A DNA stretch of 64,000 nt from Desulfuromonadales bacterium (GTDB lineage Bacteria > Desulfobacterota > Desulfuromonadia > Desulfuromonadales > JACZKF01): the NCBI GenBank assembly GCA_029289095.1, contig JARFUG010000002.1, positions 50,880 through 114,879 of the forward strand, read 5' to 3'. The translations under genes were made by a program, and so were the position numbers. Below, in pieces: positions 55,275-64,000 of the stretch (position 1 is the stretch's first letter; each line of letters begins with the position of its first letter). The notes below the pieces were generated by a model. That model was not told the origin of the DNA, did not search any database, and saw only the letters and a list, made by a program, of their open reading frames with translations.

Positions 55275-57899
55275 CTACGACACCGTTTCGGCTTCCACGG
55301 CATGGGAGACCGTGAGCTCCCCGGCCTCGACCCCGATGGTGATGACAGCCCCTTCCCGGATCTCTCCGCCGATCAGAGCTCGGCCGATGCGGGTCTCCAG
55401 GTTGCGCTGGATATAGCGCTTCAGAGGACGGGCGCCGTAGACGGGGTCGTAGGCGTTCTCGGCGATGAAACGCCTTGCCTCGTCGGCGACCTCGAGGCGG
55501 ATGCGCCGGTCGGCGAGTCGCCGGCGAAGCTCCTCGGTGAGCAGATCGACGATGCGCTCGATCTCGGCGAGGGTGAGCGGCTTGAACAGGACGATATCGT
55601 CGACGCGGTTGAGGAACTCGGGACGGAAGTTGGCCCGAAGCTCGCGCATGACGAGATCGCGCGCCCCTTCCTTGATCTGGCCGTCGGAGGTGACGCCGTC
55701 GAGGAGGAACTGAGAGCCGATGTTGCTCGTCATGATGATGACCGTGTTCTTGAAGTCGACGGTGCGCCCCTGCGAGTCGGTCACCCGGCCGTCGTCGAGG
55801 ATCTGCAGCAACACGTTGAAGACGTCGTGGTGCGCCTTCTCGATCTCGTCGAAGAGGATGACGCTGTAGGGCTTGCGCCTGACCGCCTCGGTGAGCTGCC
55901 CCCCTTCCTCGTACCCGACGTAGCCGGGAGGGGCGCCGATCAAGCGGCTTACCGTGTGCTTCTCCATGTACTCGGACATGTCGATGCGCACGATGTTCTC
56001 CTCCGAGTCGAAGAGGGTCGCAGCCAGGGTGCGGGCGAGCTCGGTCTTGCCGACCCCCGTGGGGCCGAGGAAGATGAAGGAGCCGATGGGGCGGCGCGGG
56101 TCCTTTATGCCGGCCCGGGCGCGGATGACCGCATCGGCTACGAGCTGCACCGCCTCGTCCTGCCCGATGACCCTCTGGTGCAGGATCTCGTCGAGCTTGA
56201 GGAGCTTCTCGCGCTCCCCTTCGACCAGGCGCGTCACGGGGATGCCGGTCCAGCGCGAGATGATCTCGGCGATCTCCTCTTCGGTGACCTCCTCGCGCAG
56301 CAGGCGCGGCCCCTCCTTCCCTCTCCCGGCCTCCTCGGCCTTTCGCAGATCGGCTTCGAGCTGGGGGAGGCGTCCGTGCTTGAGCTCGGCGGCCCTGTTC
56401 AGGTCGTAATTGCGCTCGGCGACTTCGATCTCCTGGCGCACCTTCTCGATCTCCTCGCGCAGCACCTGCACCTTCTTGATCCCCTCCTTCTCCGCCTCCC
56501 ACTGGGCTCGCAGAGTATCCCCCTCGTGGCGCAGGTCGGCCAGCTCGCGCCGCAGCGTCTCGAGACGCTCCTTGCTGGCGGAGTCCTTCTCCTTCTTGAG
56601 GGCCGCCTCCTCGATCTCGAGCTGCATCACGCGCCGGGTGACCTCGTCCAGCTCCTGGGGGAGGGAGTCGATCTCGGTGCGGATCGTCGCGCACGCTTCG
56701 TCCACGAGGTCGATCGCCTTGTCGGGGAGGAATCGGTCGGAGATATAGCGGTTCGACAGCGTCGCCGCCGCGACCAGGGCGCCGTCCTGGATACGCACGC
56801 CGTGGTGCACCTCGAAGCGTTCCTTGAGGCCGCGCAGGATGCTCACGGTGTCCTCCACCGATGGCTGATCGACGACGACCGGCTGGAAGCGCCGCTCCAG
56901 GGCGGCATCCTTCTCGATGTACTTGCGGTACTCGTCAAGCGTGGTGGCGCCGATGCAGTGCAGCTCGCCGCGGGCGAGCATCGGCTTGAGCATGTTGCCG
57001 GCGTCGATGGCCCCTTCGGCCTTCCCCGCCCCGACGATGGTGTGCAGCTCGTCGATGAAAAGGAGGATGCGCCCCTCGCTCTCGCGGATCTCGTTCAGCA
57101 CCGCCTTCAGGCGCTCCTCGAACTCGCCGCGGTACTTGGCGCCGGCGACAAGCGCCCCCATGTCGAGGGCGAAGACGGTCTTGTCCTTCAAGCCCTCGGG
57201 GACGTCGCCGCGCACGATGCGGTGCGCCAGCCCCTCGACGATGGCGGTCTTTCCGACCCCCGGCTCGCCGATAAGGACCGGGTTGTTCTTCGTCTTTCGC
57301 GAAAGGATTCGGATCACCCGCCGGATTTCGGCATCGCGGCCGATGACGGGATCGAGCTTCCCTTTCTGCACCTCCTTGACGAGGTCTCGCCCGTATTTCT
57401 CCAGCGCCTCGTACGTCCCCTCGGGATCCTGGCTCGTGACCCTCTGATGTCCTCGGACGGCGGTCAGGGCCTGCAGGACCCGGTCGCGGGTGACGCCAAA
57501 CTCCTTGAAGAGACGTCCGGCCGCAGTCGCCGTCCCCTCCTCGACGAGGGCCATCAGAACGTGCTCGACGCTCACGTACTCGTCGCGCAGGCGCCTGGCT
57601 TCCTCCTCGGCCTTGATGAGCAGGCGGTTGAAACGCTGGGTGACGTAGATCTTGCCGCTTTCGACGCCGGGACCCGACACGCTCGGCCGCTTCTCCAACT
57701 CGCGTTTCAGGGCGGCGGCAAAGCTCTCTGCCGACACGTCCATCTTCTCCAGCAGGCGCGGGACGAGCCCCCCCTTCTGCTGCAGCAGCGCCGAGAGGAG
57801 GTGCTCGCCGTCGACTTCGATGTGTCCGAATCGAAGCGCGAGATTCTGGGCTTCCTGCAGCGCTTCCTGTGTCTTCTGGGTGAGTTTGTTGATATCCAT
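55275..57899 (-). CDS. clpB: ATP-dependent chaperone ClpB
   Basis: 874 aa with two AAA+ modules ([13 protein letters not shown] and [14 protein letters not shown]) and a middle coiled coil. The 901-aa antisense ORF is rejected. Confidence 0.97.
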   Translation of the reverse strand: MDINKLTQKTQEALQEAQNLALRFGHIEVDGEHLLSALLQQKGGLVPRLLEKMDVSAESFAAALKRELEKRPSVSGPGVESGKIYVTQRFNRLLIKAEEEARRLRDEYVSVEHVLMALVEEGTATAAGRLFKEFGVTRDRVLQALTAVRGHQRVTSQDPEGTYEALEKYGRDLVKEVQKGKLDPVIGRDAEIRRVIRILSRKTKNNPVLIGEPGVGKTAIVEGLAHRIVRGDVPEGLKDKTVFALDMGALVAGAKYRGEFEERLKAVLNEIRESEGRILLFIDELHTIVGAGKAEGAIDAGNMLKPMLARGELHCIGATTLDEYRKYIEKDAALERRFQPVVVDQPSVEDTVSILRGLKERFEVHHGVRIQDGALVAAATLSNRYISDRFLPDKAIDLVDEACATIRTEIDSLPQELDEVTRRVMQLEIEEAALKKEKDSASKERLETLRRELADLRHEGDTLRAQWEAEKEGIKKVQVLREEIEKVRQEIEVAERNYDLNRAAELKHGRLPQLEADLRKAEEAGRGKEGPRLLREEVTEEEIAEIISRWTGIPVTRLVEGEREKLLKLDEILHQRVIGQDEAVQLVADAVIRARAGIKDPRRPIGSFIFLGPTGVGKTELARTLAATLFDSEENIVRIDMSEYMEKHTVSRLIGAPPGYVGYEEGGQLTEAVRRKPYSVILFDEIEKAHHDVFNVLLQILDDGRVTDSQGRTVDFKNTVIIMTSNIGSQFLLDGVTSDGQIKEGARDLVMRELRANFRPEFLNRVDDIVLFKPLTLAEIERIVDLLTEELRRRLADRRIRLEVADEARRFIAENAYDPVYGARPLKRYIQRNLETRIGRALIGGEIREGAVITIGVEAGELTVSHAVEAETVS

Positions 57900-58385
57900 C
57901 GATTCCGTCCTTTCGGGAAATCAAATCGTTACAAGTATATCAATTTTGTCTGCACCTCGAATGAATCGATCTTTCAGGGATTCATCGGTACAGGCGCCGA
58001 TACCTAGGACACTTCAATTGCCGTGCCCGAAAAGGCCGACCCGGAAAGCATGCCTTTTCAAGAACTTACACCTTTTGGGAAAAGCGGCAGGGCCGCGCCG
58101 CAGAAACTGGCGACGTCGCACCGGAACGGTTGCGACGTCGCTTGGCCGCGTGCCGCAGAGGCTATGGGCTTCGGGTTTTTTCATCCGCAGATTTCGCCGA
58201 TTGACGCAGATGAAGACTTTTAGACCTGGACAAGGGCTCGCCCTTACCTTAGTCTTCAAACTCAGGCGGGGGTGTGAAACTGAGGGGCGCGCGTCGAAGA
58301 GATCGCCTGGATACGTTTGTCCGCCTTGCGTCAAAAAGGGTGTGTCCGAGGCCAACGTACGAAGTTGCATCCAAAGGAGGAGACG

Positions 58386-58919
58386 ATGGAAACCCGCTTC
58401 ATCATGACCGCCTTCGGCGAGGACCGCCCCGGGATCGTCGCCGACGTGACCCGAATGCTCTACGAAAACGGCTGCAACCTCGAGGACAGCACCATGACGC
58501 TGCTGGCCGACGAGTTCTCTCTTATCCTTCTGTTCTCCTGCAAGGGGGATTTGGAGGAGGCTCTGTCGCGGGAGTGCCGGCGGCTCGAGCGGGAGAAGGG
58601 GATCTCGGCCTTCCTGCGGCCCCTCAAGGGTCCCCGCATGGAGCGACGCGACGAGTCAGATCTCTGGACGGTACACGTCGAAGGGGTCGACCAGGCGGGG
58701 ATCGTCTACAAGATCAGTCGATTCCTCGCTGACCGCGCAGTGAACATCATCGACCTGAAATCCCAGGTCCAACCCTCCCCCGAAAGCGGCACGGCCATGT
58801 ATCTGATGGACATCCACGTCCGGGCGCCCGCTGAAGCTTCGATGCAGAGTGTGGAAAGGGGTCTGGCCAAGGTCGCTGACGAGTTGCATGTGGATATTAC
58901 AGTCTCCAAAGGGAGATAG
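58386..58919 (+). CDS. Tandem ACT-domain protein (GcvR-like)
   Basis: ORF trimmed to METRFIMTAFGEDRPGIVADVT at 58386, with AAGGAGG upstream. A second ACT domain begins LWTVHVEGVDQAGIVYKISRFL. Confidence 0.75.
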   Translation: METRFIMTAFGEDRPGIVADVTRMLYENGCNLEDSTMTLLADEFSLILLFSCKGDLEEALSRECRRLEREKGISAFLRPLKGPRMERRDESDLWTVHVEGVDQAGIVYKISRFLADRAVNIIDLKSQVQPSPESGTAMYLMDIHVRAPAEASMQSVERGLAKVADELHVDITVSKGR

Positions 58920-58978
58920 ATCCGCAGATTAGCCAGATCAACCTGGGATCCATCTGAAAATCTTTGTAATCTGCGGAT
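58920..58978. repeat. 12-bp perfect inverted repeat ATCCGCAGATTA / TAATCTGCGGAT immediately after the ACT gene stop
   Basis: The arms are 58920-58931 and 58967-58978, with a 35-nt spacer. The same 11-mer, ATCCGCAGATT, also occurs upstream of the gene at 58183-58193. Confidence 0.7.
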
Positions 58979-59095
58979 AAAAACATTCTTGGATCGGGTT
59001 TATTGGTCTCTCACCAGAAGCCTCGCACAGTTGCAAGGACGCGACCTTTAACCTCAATAAAAAAACAGAGCAAGGCCTTGCAACGGATCCCAAGC

Positions 59096-59129
59096 AAACG
59101 GCCGACTCCCACATGGGGGTCGGCCGTTT
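59096..59129. terminator. Stem-loop (possible terminator for the convergent units)
   Basis: AAACGGCCGAC-tCCCAcaTGGGg-GTCGGCCGTTT. The flanks are not strongly U-rich. Confidence 0.45.
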
Positions 59130-59249
59130 GCCTGTTCTCGACAAGCTTTTTACCTTTTCTGATGGATCCGGTCCGCCGCAAACTGCTGCGTCGCCAGGTG
59201 CAAAACCCGATTCGTCACACCAGGCCACACTCTGACCAGCCCAAGACAA

Positions 59250-60053
59250 CTACAAGGCCGCGCCAGCGGATTTAGAACTTTCAGATCCGCTTTCCGCTCC
59301 GTCTCCGGAGAGCGTTTCGATGATCTGTTTCTTGGCCTCCTCGAGCGCAATGAAGAAGCTGTTCGTCAGGGCGGGGAACGCCGGCGGCTCGTCCCATTCT
59401 CCGTCGGGAGAGGCGTATTTGCTGATCGAGGCATTCCAGAGCAGGCGATTGTTTCTCAGGTCTACCAGTTCGCCATGAAGATCGAATACAGCCCTCGGAG
59501 GCTCCTGAGGGAGTAATCCGCTGTAGGGCCTGGCAAAACCTGCTCGACGGATCTCGAGTATCAGGAGAAAGTCCACGTCAAGGTCTCGGTGCAGGAACCT
59601 CATGTCTTTCGCGGCAAAGTAGGCCTCATCGTCGGGGTTCGGGTCACTGAAATTCTGCAAATTGTCCTGGCTGGGAACTTCGGAAATGAGACGGACCGAG
59701 AACCCTTTCCGGCGCAGGACCTCGGATATCCCCTGTTCAACATCTTTGAACCCCGAGAGATCGAGAGTTTTGACGTGCTCGTTCAAAGAGACGTTGGACG
59801 CGGCGATAACAACTCGGTCCAGCAGGCTATAATTTCCTTCGGGGATAAAGGCCGGGGCTTCGGGTTTTCGGGTCACCACGCCGACCCGTGCGTCGGGACT
59901 CTGGAAAAATTCCCCGGAGTGAAAAAATTCCTTGCCTTGGTGAAATTCCCTGGGCTGGAAAAACTCGGGCAGGGAGACGAGAGGTTGTGAAGCGGCGCAG
60001 CCAGAGAGATAAAGACCGAAAAAGACGAAAAGGGACAGCTTTGCCAATCGCAT
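59250..60053 (-). CDS. Hypothetical lipoprotein
   Basis: ORF trimmed to MRLAKLSLFVFFGLYLSGC at 60053, with AAGGAG upstream. I recognise no family. Confidence 0.65.
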   Translation of the reverse strand: MRLAKLSLFVFFGLYLSGCAASQPLVSLPEFFQPREFHQGKEFFHSGEFFQSPDARVGVVTRKPEAPAFIPEGNYSLLDRVVIAASNVSLNEHVKTLDLSGFKDVEQGISEVLRRKGFSVRLISEVPSQDNLQNFSDPNPDDEAYFAAKDMRFLHRDLDVDFLLILEIRRAGFARPYSGLLPQEPPRAVFDLHGELVDLRNNRLLWNASISKYASPDGEWDEPPAFPALTNSFFIALEEAKKQIIETLSGDGAESGSESSKSAGAAL

Positions 60054-60240
60054 GGAATTCTCCTTCTGAGCCGGCATTTCGGAGCACACTCATCCTCTTT
60101 AATAAGCCCTTTGGTTTCACAGTGTCAACTTAAAGGTTTACAAGACGTTTTTGCATCCTGCAAACTCGGGTGGGCGACCTCGTCGTCTGAGAAAAGACGG
60201 AGCCCGCCGTAGGCTCCCCTCGACAAGGAGGCGACAGGAG

Positions 60241-60789
60241 ATGCCCCGTATTCCCTACCTCTCCAGTGATCTTCACGAACCGCCCGAGCTTGTGGCCGCG
60301 ATACGCGCCCGGCGCGGCGGCCGCCTGCTGCACCTGGACCGGATACTGCTGCACAGTCCAGCTTTCGCCCGTGGCTGGAACGCTTTGCTGGGGGCCGTGC
60401 GCAGCGATCTGGATCTTTCTCCCCGGCTTCGTGAGCTGGCCATTTGCGCCGTCGCGGTGCTGAACGGAGCGGACTACGAGTTCGCCCATCACGCTCCGGA
60501 GTTTCTGGAGGCGGGGGGGACGCAGGCACAATTGGAGGGGGTGCGACGGATGGCGCAGGAAGATCCCGCCCCTCCGCTCTTCGACGCGGCGGAGGTGGCG
60601 GTGTTGCGCCTGACGGCCGAGATGACGCGCCGGATCGAGGTGAGCGATGCGACTTTCGCCGACGTGCGGGCCGCGCTGGCCGACGAACAGCAGGTGGTGG
60701 AACTGATCGGGACCGTGGCCGCCTACAACATGGTCTCCCGCTTTCTGGTGGCGCTGAACATCGCCCCTGAAGAGGGCCTGGAAAAGTAG
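60241..60789 (+). CDS. Carboxymuconolactone decarboxylase (AhpD-like) family protein
   Basis: ORF trimmed to MPRIPYLS at 60241, with AAGGAGG...GGAG upstream. The motif is LRELAICAVAVLNGADYEFAHH. Confidence 0.75.
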   Translation: MPRIPYLSSDLHEPPELVAAIRARRGGRLLHLDRILLHSPAFARGWNALLGAVRSDLDLSPRLRELAICAVAVLNGADYEFAHHAPEFLEAGGTQAQLEGVRRMAQEDPAPPLFDAAEVAVLRLTAEMTRRIEVSDATFADVRAALADEQQVVELIGTVAAYNMVSRFLVALNIAPEEGLEK

Positions 60790-60793
60790 TCCC

Positions 60794-62611
60794 TCACTTC
60801 CAGGCGCACAGGATGTTCTCTTCGAGCCAGGGATATTCCCCCGCCAGCGTGTCCTGCGCCAGGGCGAAGGCGCGCCGGTCGTCGTTGCGCCAGAGCGCGC
60901 GGCGCCGGTCGGCGATGCGTCTTCTCGCCTGTCGGCAGAAAAGATCGGCGAGCTTCTCCGCTCCGGCCGGAGCGCCGGGAGCGGCGACCCTTGAGAGCAC
61001 CGCCCCCATGGCGAAGAGCTCCACCCCCACGTCGACCACACGCCCCAGAATCATCTGCCGCTTCTGCAGCCCCGTCCCGTGACGCACCATCATGTGGAAG
61101 AGGTCCCGCGCCAGACGGCGGGCGGCGTTCTCGATGAAGCGCAGATGCCTCCTGAGGGGACGGGGGAGGATCACCCCCTCGGGGAGCTTCAGGCGGGGGA
61201 GGAGAAGGTGCGAATACCAGGGGGGATAGAAGCGCAGAGATCTGCGCAGGTCCGGCCTGCCGGCAACGGCGGTGATCCCGGTCGCCTTGAGATGGGGGTC
61301 CAAAGCCTCGCGGGCGATGAAGAGGCGCAGGATCTCGCTCGTCCCCTCGCCGATCAGATAGAGGCGGGCGTCTCGCAGCATTCGCTCGACGGGCATCGGC
61401 GCCTCCCTCCGGGCGCGCAGGCTCTCGGCCGTCTCGTACCCCCGGCCGCCGCGCACCTGCAGCGTCTCGTCAAGGGCGCGCCACGCCGCCTCGGTGCAGA
61501 AGAGCTTGTCGGCCGCCGCCTCCAGGCGCAGATCGGTCTCTCCACGGTCGGCCATGGCGGCGCAGAGCCACGCCAGGCTGTCGACGGCAAAGGTGTCGGC
61601 GGCGATGCGGGCGATCTTGTCCGCAACAGCCTCGTGTCGCCCGATTGGCGCCCCCCACTGGCGGCGCTCGTTCCCCCAGGTGCGGCAGATCGCCAGGGCG
61701 TGCTTCATCACCGCGCTGCAGAAGGCCGGGATTGAAAGGCGTCCGACATTGAGGGTGCGAAGGGCCAGGCGCAGCCCCTCGCCGAGGCCGACAAGGACGT
61801 CCTCCTTCGCAACCCGGACGTTGTTGAAAGAGAGGAGCCCGTTCTGGATCCCCTTGAGCCCCATGAAGTCGCAGCGGTGCTCCACCTTGAGCCCAGGGTC
61901 GGACCCCTCGACGATGAAGGCGGTGATCTCGGGGCGCTTCGCCTGCGGGTCGTTGGTGCGCGCCGTGACCACCAGCAGCTCGGCGATGGGGCCGTTGGTC
62001 GTCCAGAGCTTCTGTCCGTTGAGGAGGTAGGCTGAACCGTCCTCCGTCGGAACCGCCGTCGTCGTCATCTGGGAAGGATCGGAGCCGACCCCCGGTTCGG
62101 TGAGGGCGAAGGCGCTGATCGCCCCCGCCGCCAGACGCGGCAGATAACGGCTTTTCTGCTCGGGGGTGCCGAACATCATCACCGGCTGCGACACCCCAAT
62201 GCTCTGGTGCACCGACAGGAGCAGGGCCGTGGAGCCGCAGTGACTGGCGACGAGGTGAAGGATGCGGTTGTAGTTGAGCTGGCTGAAGCCGAGCCCCCCG
62301 TACTCCCTGGGGATCTTGACCCCGAAAAGGCCGAGATCCCTGAGTCCTTCGATCACCTCGCGGGGGACCTCCCTTTCGCGCTCGATCCGCTCGGCGTCGA
62401 CGTGTTCGCGCAGAAACGCCTCCAGCTTCTCGAGGACGGCGTCCCCCTCTTTCTTTTCTGCGGGATCCTGCTCCGGCCAGGGGAAGATCAGATCCGGGCG
62501 CACCCTCCCCATGAAGAGCTCCCCCAGAAAGCTCGGCTTGCGCCACTCGGCCTCCCTGGCCGCCTCGGCGACCTCCAGGGAACTCTTTCCCACTGCACCC
62601 TCTTCGCGCAT
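60794..62611 (-). CDS. Long-form acyl-CoA dehydrogenase (FadE-like, with C-terminal extension)
   Basis: ORF trimmed to MREEGAV at 62611, with GGGAGGG upstream. The ACAD core includes TEPGVGSDPS, and it carries about 150 aa of extra C-terminal sequence. Confidence 0.85.
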   Translation of the reverse strand: MREEGAVGKSSLEVAEAAREAEWRKPSFLGELFMGRVRPDLIFPWPEQDPAEKKEGDAVLEKLEAFLREHVDAERIEREREVPREVIEGLRDLGLFGVKIPREYGGLGFSQLNYNRILHLVASHCGSTALLLSVHQSIGVSQPVMMFGTPEQKSRYLPRLAAGAISAFALTEPGVGSDPSQMTTTAVPTEDGSAYLLNGQKLWTTNGPIAELLVVTARTNDPQAKRPEITAFIVEGSDPGLKVEHRCDFMGLKGIQNGLLSFNNVRVAKEDVLVGLGEGLRLALRTLNVGRLSIPAFCSAVMKHALAICRTWGNERRQWGAPIGRHEAVADKIARIAADTFAVDSLAWLCAAMADRGETDLRLEAAADKLFCTEAAWRALDETLQVRGGRGYETAESLRARREAPMPVERMLRDARLYLIGEGTSEILRLFIAREALDPHLKATGITAVAGRPDLRRSLRFYPPWYSHLLLPRLKLPEGVILPRPLRRHLRFIENAARRLARDLFHMMVRHGTGLQKRQMILGRVVDVGVELFAMGAVLSRVAAPGAPAGAEKLADLFCRQARRRIADRRRALWRNDDRRAFALAQDTLAGEYPWLEENILCAWK

Positions 62612-62745
62612 GGCGCCCTCCCTTTCTCCGCTGCACTTATTAGAAAATAGCACAACTTCGGCGTCGGGCACTTTCAGGTGCCATTCAATGCTTCCCAGAA
62701 AAAATCAAATTCGTTTCACCACCCGTTCGCTTCGCGCACTAGAGG

Positions 62746-62810
62746 CACAGAGATCACAGAGGAAACCTGCTGTTTTCATTGTATTCCTCTGTGTCCTCAG
62801 TGGCTCTGTG
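62746..62810. repeat. Inverted CACAGAG-repeat element between the activator gene and the acyl-CoA dehydrogenase gene
   Basis: CACAGAG-at-CACAGAGGAA, a 20-nt loop, then TTCCTCTGTG-tcctcagtgg-CTCTGTG. The inner 10 bp are perfectly complementary. Confidence 0.6.
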
Positions 62811-62863
62811 GTGAAGGCTTTTGGATCCTGGAGTCATCAACTCCTGTGAAGGTAGCGATACGT

Positions 62864-64000
62864 TCAGGGATTTCGCATCTCTTCGGCCGCAAGGTCCTCC
62901 CGGCTGACCCCCAGCTTTTCCATGTAGCGATAGAGGGTGGCGCGATGGACGCCGAGGAGGCGGGCGGCGCCGGCGAGGTTTCCTCCGGCGGCCCGGTAGG
63001 CGCGGCGGATCTCTTCGGCATCGAGTTCGGCGGGCCGTGTGGAGGGGCGCGCGAGGGCGCGGATCTCCAGGGGCGCCGGGGGGGAGGAGGCGGAAAGGAG
63101 GCGGTGCTCCGTGGTGAGGGGATAGGGAGGGACCACGGCGGTGGAGGGAAGACGCTCGAGGGACTCGACGCTCCAACCGCCGGGTGTGAAGTCGCGACGC
63201 TCGCGCACCCATTCGGCAAAGGCGCGCACCCCGATCACCTCGGCCTGCGTCTCGACGTAGACGCGCTCCAGGACGTTCCTGAGCTCGCGCACGTTCCCGG
63301 GCCACAGATACGACTGGAGAAGATCGAGGGCTTCGGGGGTGAGGCGCTCGATGCGCCGCCCGTACTTGCGGTTGAACAGGGTGAGAAAATGCGAGACGAG
63401 CAGAGGGATGTCCTCGGTGCGGCGGCGCAGGGGGGGGATGTGGATGCGCAGAATCGAGAGGCGATGATAGAGGTCGGCGCGGAATCGCCCCTGCCCCACC
63501 GCCTGCTCGAGGGTGACGTTGGTTGCGCAGACGATGCGCACGTCGACGCGCTGCTCCTGCTCGGCGCCGACCCGCTCGATGACCCCGCTCTCCAGCACCC
63601 GCAGGAGCTTGGACTGGGTGTGCAGCGGCATATCGCCTATCTCGTCGAGAAAGAGGGTTCCCTTGTGCGCGCGCTCGAAGCGCCCGCGATGGGTGCGCAG
63701 CGCCCCGGTAAAGGCCCCTTTCTCGTGGCCGAAGAGCTCGGACTCGAGAAGCTCCTCGGAGATGGCCGAGCAGTTCACCGCCACGTACGGGCCGCTTCGG
63801 CGGGGGCTCTCTTCGTGCAGGGCGCGGGCGACGAGCTCCTTGCCGGTCCCCGTCTCGCCTGTGATGACGACCGCCGCATCCGAGGCGGCGTAGAGGGTGA
63901 TCTTGCGAAGGACCTCGCGAAGGGCGGCGCTCCCCCCGACCAGGCCGTGCATGGCGACCGCCTCGGGTGGCGTCTCCGCACGGCGGAAAACGAAACTGAC
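62864..64000 (-). CDS. Sigma-54-dependent transcriptional activator. The AAA+ and HTH regions are present; the N-terminal sensory part lies beyond the right edge.
   Basis: It has GETGTGKELVARALH, ESELFGHEKGAFTGA and a C-terminal HTH, AARLLGVHRATLYRYMEKLG. The frame stays open from 63952 to position 64000 (VSFVFRRAETPPEAVA precedes the first Met). Confidence 0.9.
   Translation of the reverse strand, partial: VSFVFRRAETPPEAVAMHGLVGGSAALREVLRKITLYAASDAAVVITGETGTGKELVARALHEESPRRSGPYVAVNCSAISEELLESELFGHEKGAFTGALRTHRGRFERAHKGTLFLDEIGDMPLHTQSKLLRVLESGVIERVGAEQEQRVDVRIVCATNVTLEQAVGQGRFRADLYHRLSILRIHIPPLRRRTEDIPLLVSHFLTLFNRKYGRRIERLTPEALDLLQSYLWPGNVRELRNVLERVYVETQAEVIGVRAFAEWVRERRDFTPGGWSVESLERLPSTAVVPPYPLTTEHRLLSASSPPAPLEIRALARPSTRPAELDAEEIRRAYRAAGGNLAGAARLLGVHRATLYRYMEKLGVSREDLAAEEMRNP

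Noticed and set aside
55302-58007. A 901-aa plus-strand ORF covering the clpB locus.
   Set aside because: It is antisense to an unmistakable ClpB. Its translation is low-complexity (rich in R, G, D, L and A) with no recognisable motif. Long antisense ORFs of this kind are a typical artefact of high-GC DNA.
57900-58090. A search for a sigma-32 heat-shock promoter upstream of clpB.
   Set aside because: A CTTGAAA box is present on the minus strand, but no CCCCAT-like -10 element lies at an acceptable distance. I make no promoter call.
62667-62683. A TGGCAC...GTGC sequence upstream of the acyl-CoA dehydrogenase gene, considered as a sigma-54 promoter.
   Set aside because: The GG-to-GC spacing is one nucleotide too long for a -24/-12 promoter. 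The sequence is also a self-complementary hairpin (GGCAC-ctgaaa-GTGCC), so it is not called.

Overview
This is a 64-kb chromosomal window. By eye it is high-GC with a few lower-GC patches; nothing was computed. Gene content and regulatory style fit a Desulfuromonadales (Geobacter/Pelobacter/Desulfuromonas-like) deltaproteobacterium, which is an inference. The supporting traits are three sigma-54 activators, -24/-12 promoters, a tungsten-type aldehyde:ferredoxin oxidoreductase, a GEMM-I-like riboswitch and heptanucleotide intergenic repeats. I call about 60 protein genes. From left to right they are:
- A YjbQ fragment, gloA, and a SagB-like dehydrogenase paired with a TAT-signal intradiol-dioxygenase-like protein.
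- A long minus-strand catabolic block: PAS/sigma-54 activator, -24/-12 promoter, Liv-type ABC importer, Fe-ADH, MoaD-like protein, AOR, 4-OT-family tautomerase and thioesterase.
- sucCD, tal, folK, a MoxR/DUF58/transglutaminase triad, pcnB, miaA and an RND pump.
- A three-gene module of retropepsin-like lipoprotein, inactive-transglutaminase/7TM protein and RimK-related ATP-grasp ligase.
- A GGDEF cyclase, glmUS, a patatin/B12-radical-SAM pair, a REC-PilZ-GAF protein and two Zn-ADHs with a cupin.
- A riboswitch-led LuxR regulator, a lower-GC islet of secreted proteins, an MshEN-REC protein, clpB, an acyl-CoA dehydrogenase and a further sigma-54 activator that runs off the right edge.

I saw no rRNA, tRNA, CRISPR array, transposase or integrase. 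The most interesting items are:
- the uncharacterised ATP-grasp/7TM/protease module (30.4-33.8 kb);
- a three-copy, three-hairpin REP-like element with associated heptamer arrays that abut stop codons;
- intergenic elements built from inverted tandem-repeat arms;
- a 23-bp stem inside the AOR operon whose mismatches are all G-U wobbles only on the transcribed strand;
- a GEMM-I-like cyclic-dinucleotide riboswitch leader, in a window that also carries GGDEF, PilZ and MshEN proteins.

All family names come from reading the translations. No database search was run.
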